Positions 29,403-32,000 of a DNA stretch of 32,000 nucleotides are shown piece after piece (positions within the stretch are counted from its first letter, which is position 1; each line of letters begins with the position of its first letter). A model generated the notes under the pieces. It did not search any database, was not told the origin of the DNA, and saw only the letters and a list, made by a program, of their open reading frames with translations. The stretch is taken from assembly GCF_000009605.1 (NCBI RefSeq), contig NC_002528.1:1-32000 (forward strand), written 5' to 3'. The stretch is from Buchnera aphidicola str. APS (Acyrthosiphon pisum) (GTDB lineage Bacteria; Pseudomonadota; Gammaproteobacteria; Enterobacterales; Enterobacteriaceae). The translations under genes were made by a program, and so were the position numbers.

Positions 29403-30220
29403 ATGTATCGAATTATTGCAGTGGATTTAGATGGCACTTTGCTTACTTCAGAAAATAAAATAACAAAATATACTAAAGAGATTATACAGATATTAATACA
29501 AAAAAAATTTTATTTTGTCTTTGCTTCAGGTCGTCATTATATAGATATTATGAAGATTAAGGATAGTTTAAAAATAAATATTTTTATAATTTCTTCTAAT
29601 GGTTCTAAAATTTACAATTTAGATAATAATCTAATATTTAGTGATAATTTAGATGAAAATATTGCATCAAAACTATGTAGAATAAAATATTCAGACAAAG
29701 AAATTATTACTCAGGTATATCAAAATGATCAATGGTATATAAATAATAATAAAGTAGAAAATAATTTTTGTTCTCTACTTTCATCATTGCAATATAAATA
29801 TTTTTATCCAGATGATTTAAATTTTAAAAATATCAGTAAAATTTTTTTTACAAGTAGAAATTTTCAAAAATTACATATTCTCAAAAGAAAAATTATTAAT
29901 TTTTATGGTAATAAAGTTCATGTTAATTTTTCAATTCCAGGTTGTCTTGAAATTGTATCAGGGACCACTTAAAAGGTTATGGATTAAAATTAATAGCTAA
30001 TTTACTAGGAGTGTCTTTGAAAAATTGTATTGCTTTTGGCGATGGAATGAATGATCAGGATATGTTAAAAGTTGCGGGTAAAGCATATATTATGAAAAAT
30101 TCTGATCCACATTTAAAAATAGCACTGCCGCATCTTGAAATCATTGAAAGCAATGATAATGATGGTGTAGCAAGATGCTTGAATAAAATTTTTATAGAAA
30201 ATAATAAAGAGATGTTATAA
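29403..30220 (+). pseudogene. yigL: HAD-superfamily (Cof-type) phosphatase YigL, interrupted by one frameshift (fragments 29403-29972 and about 29969-30220)
   Basis: Fragment 1 MYRIIAVDLDGTLLTSENKITKYTKE...GCLEIVSGTT-stop. Fragment 2 in another frame (-1) reads KGYGLKLIANLLGVSLKNCIAFGDGMNDQDML...; together they cover the full YigL. Confidence 0.88.
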
Positions 30221-30231
30221 AGTTATAAAAA

Positions 30232-30255
30232 TTTCTTATACAAGAAGTTTTTTTT
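30232..30255 (+). terminator. Possible weak intrinsic terminator after yigL
   Basis: TTTCTT-ATAC-AAGAAG (5 Watson-Crick pairs plus one wobble) followed by T8. Confidence 0.45.
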
Positions 30256-31190
30256 GATTTCTGTAGATGGCTATATAATTATTGCTATGTCCTTTTTCTT
30301 ATTAGTTTTTCTTTCGATTATAAACCTTGATTTTTTTAATTATTTAATATTCAAAAAAGGTCATGTACAATTCTAATTTTTTCTGAGACTTGTTTGTATT
30401 TAAAAGAAAAAATGTATTATATATGATTTTAAACATAGATGTAAGATTATATCTTAGAAAAAGATAATTTAATATATCTAGTCTGTTTTATCAAAAAATA
30501 GATTTTGTCAATATTGCATATATCAGGTCCGTTGATCGAGTGTTGTTTTTTAAAAAAAAGAGTAGTTAAAAAATACAACTAAGCGTACTTCAAAATTAAA
30601 AACTAGTATATATAATCAATTATTTGAGAGTGCATACTTCAGAAATTAGTTTAATATCAATTTTTTCTTGTCTTAGAAACCTTCGAAGATTAAACATGAT
30701 ACCCAAATAAAAATATATTTTTATTTTAAAAGGATTTTTGAAGATTTATAATAGTAATTTAAACTATTGAATATATCTGTATATTTAATGAATAATTAAA
30801 TGATTATATATAATGAAAGTCTATATATTATTTAATATATTTTAGATAGTTGAAATAACATTTTACCTTGTATTGTAAAAATTATGGAATTACTTTTTCT
30901 GAGAAATAATTTAAATCCTGTTTTTTCTAATTAGTTAAATTGATATGATATTACTGATTGTATTTGATATAATTAAATAGCATCTGTTTTCAATACACTG
31001 TTATTTTTTTAAGGCTTATTATATTTATAGATATTTTATTCCAATTATAACATTCCTTCATATCGAGAACTAACTATTAATGCTTGCTCATTTTCTTTAA
31101 TTGTAAGAATTACAAATATGTATTTTATGTAAGTATTTATAAATTATTTTCATGATCAAAAATATAATTTAAAAAAATAGGACATTTAAA

Positions 31191-32000
31191 ATGACAATTT
31201 TAAATCATACTTTAGGATTTCCAAGAATAGGATTAAACCGAGAATTAAAAAAAGCTCAAGAACAATATTGGTCCGGGGAACTGATGATTAAAGATTTATT
31301 ATTAGTTGGTTCTGAATTAAGGAAAAAAAATTGGCAAAAACAGAAAGAATCTGGAATTGATTATATTCCAGTTGGAGATTTTGCTTGGTATGATCATGTA
31401 TTAACCACGAGTATGATGTTAGGAAATATCCCAGAAAGACATAATAATACAGTTGACTCTATTGATTTAGATTGTCTATTCCGTATTGCTCGAGGTTGTC
31501 CTCCGGATATTTCAGCTTCAGAAATGACTAAATGGTTTAATACTAACTATCATTATATTGTACCTGAGTTTTATAAAAACAAAGTTTTAAAGTACTCTTG
31601 GAAACAAATTTTAGATGAAGTAGATGAAGCTTTATTATTAGGGCACAAGGTTAAACCTATACTTTTAGGACCGATTACATATCTTTGGTTGGGAAAAGTA
31701 AAAGGAGAATATTTTGATCGTCTTGATATTTTAAAAGATATAATTCTAATATATAAGCATGTTTTAAAAGAATTATCTAACCGTAGTATTGATTTTGTTC
31801 AAATTGATGAACCTGTTTTGGTTTTAGAATTACCAAAAAAATGGAAAGACGCTTATCATTATGCTTATAAAGAATTATCCGGTATAACAAAATTATTGCT
31901 TACAACATATTTTGACAGTATTGAGCATAATATAGAATTTATTCGTGATTTACCTGTTCAAGGTATTCATATCGATCTAGTGCATGGAAAATATAATTTA
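31191..32000 (+). CDS. metE: Cobalamin-independent methionine synthase MetE, 5' part, truncated by window end
   Basis: Manual translation is open for 270 codons: [27 protein letters not shown]...[17 protein letters not shown]...[17 protein letters not shown]. Not in the supplied ORF track because it runs off the edge. Confidence 0.97.
   Translation, partial: MTILNHTLGFPRIGLNRELKKAQEQYWSGELMIKDLLLVGSELRKKNWQKQKESGIDYIPVGDFAWYDHVLTTSMMLGNIPERHNNTVDSIDLDCLFRIARGCPPDISASEMTKWFNTNYHYIVPEFYKNKVLKYSWKQILDEVDEALLLGHKVKPILLGPITYLWLGKVKGEYFDRLDILKDIILIYKHVLKELSNRSIDFVQIDEPVLVLELPKKWKDAYHYAYKELSGITKLLLTTYFDSIEHNIEFIRDLPVQGIHIDLVHGKYNL

Noticed and set aside
29965-29975. Programmed -1 ribosomal frameshift signal in yigL
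   Set aside because: The local sequence ACC ACT TAA AAG does not fit an X_XXY_YYZ slippery heptamer and I saw no strong downstream stem-loop. A one-base loss is the simpler reading.

Overview
The window looks like chromosomal DNA of a Buchnera aphidicola-type aphid endosymbiont, judged from extreme AT-richness, gammaproteobacterial gene content and the order of the remaining genes. I ran no database search. It begins inside the replication origin and contains mnmG, atpBEFHAGDC, then gyrB-dnaN-dnaA on the minus strand, rpmH-rnpA-yidC-mnmE, tRNA-Phe(GAA) on the minus strand, groES-groEL, efp, dnaT-dnaC and rsmD on the minus strand, ftsY, rpoH, glmU-glmS on the minus strand, a frameshifted yigL, a ~970 bp gene-poor gap, and the 5' part of metE. 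I found no phage, transposon, CRISPR array, toxin-antitoxin or defence system, and nothing that looks like a new multi-gene system. The points worth a second look are the half-oriC at the left edge, the frameshift in yigL at the catalytic lysine motif, the A12 tract and non-AUG start of rnpA, the GC-rich hairpin at the atpC/gyrB junction, the retained sigma-32 promoter before groES, the tRNA-Phe without encoded CCA, the large eroded gaps, and two strong intrinsic terminators.
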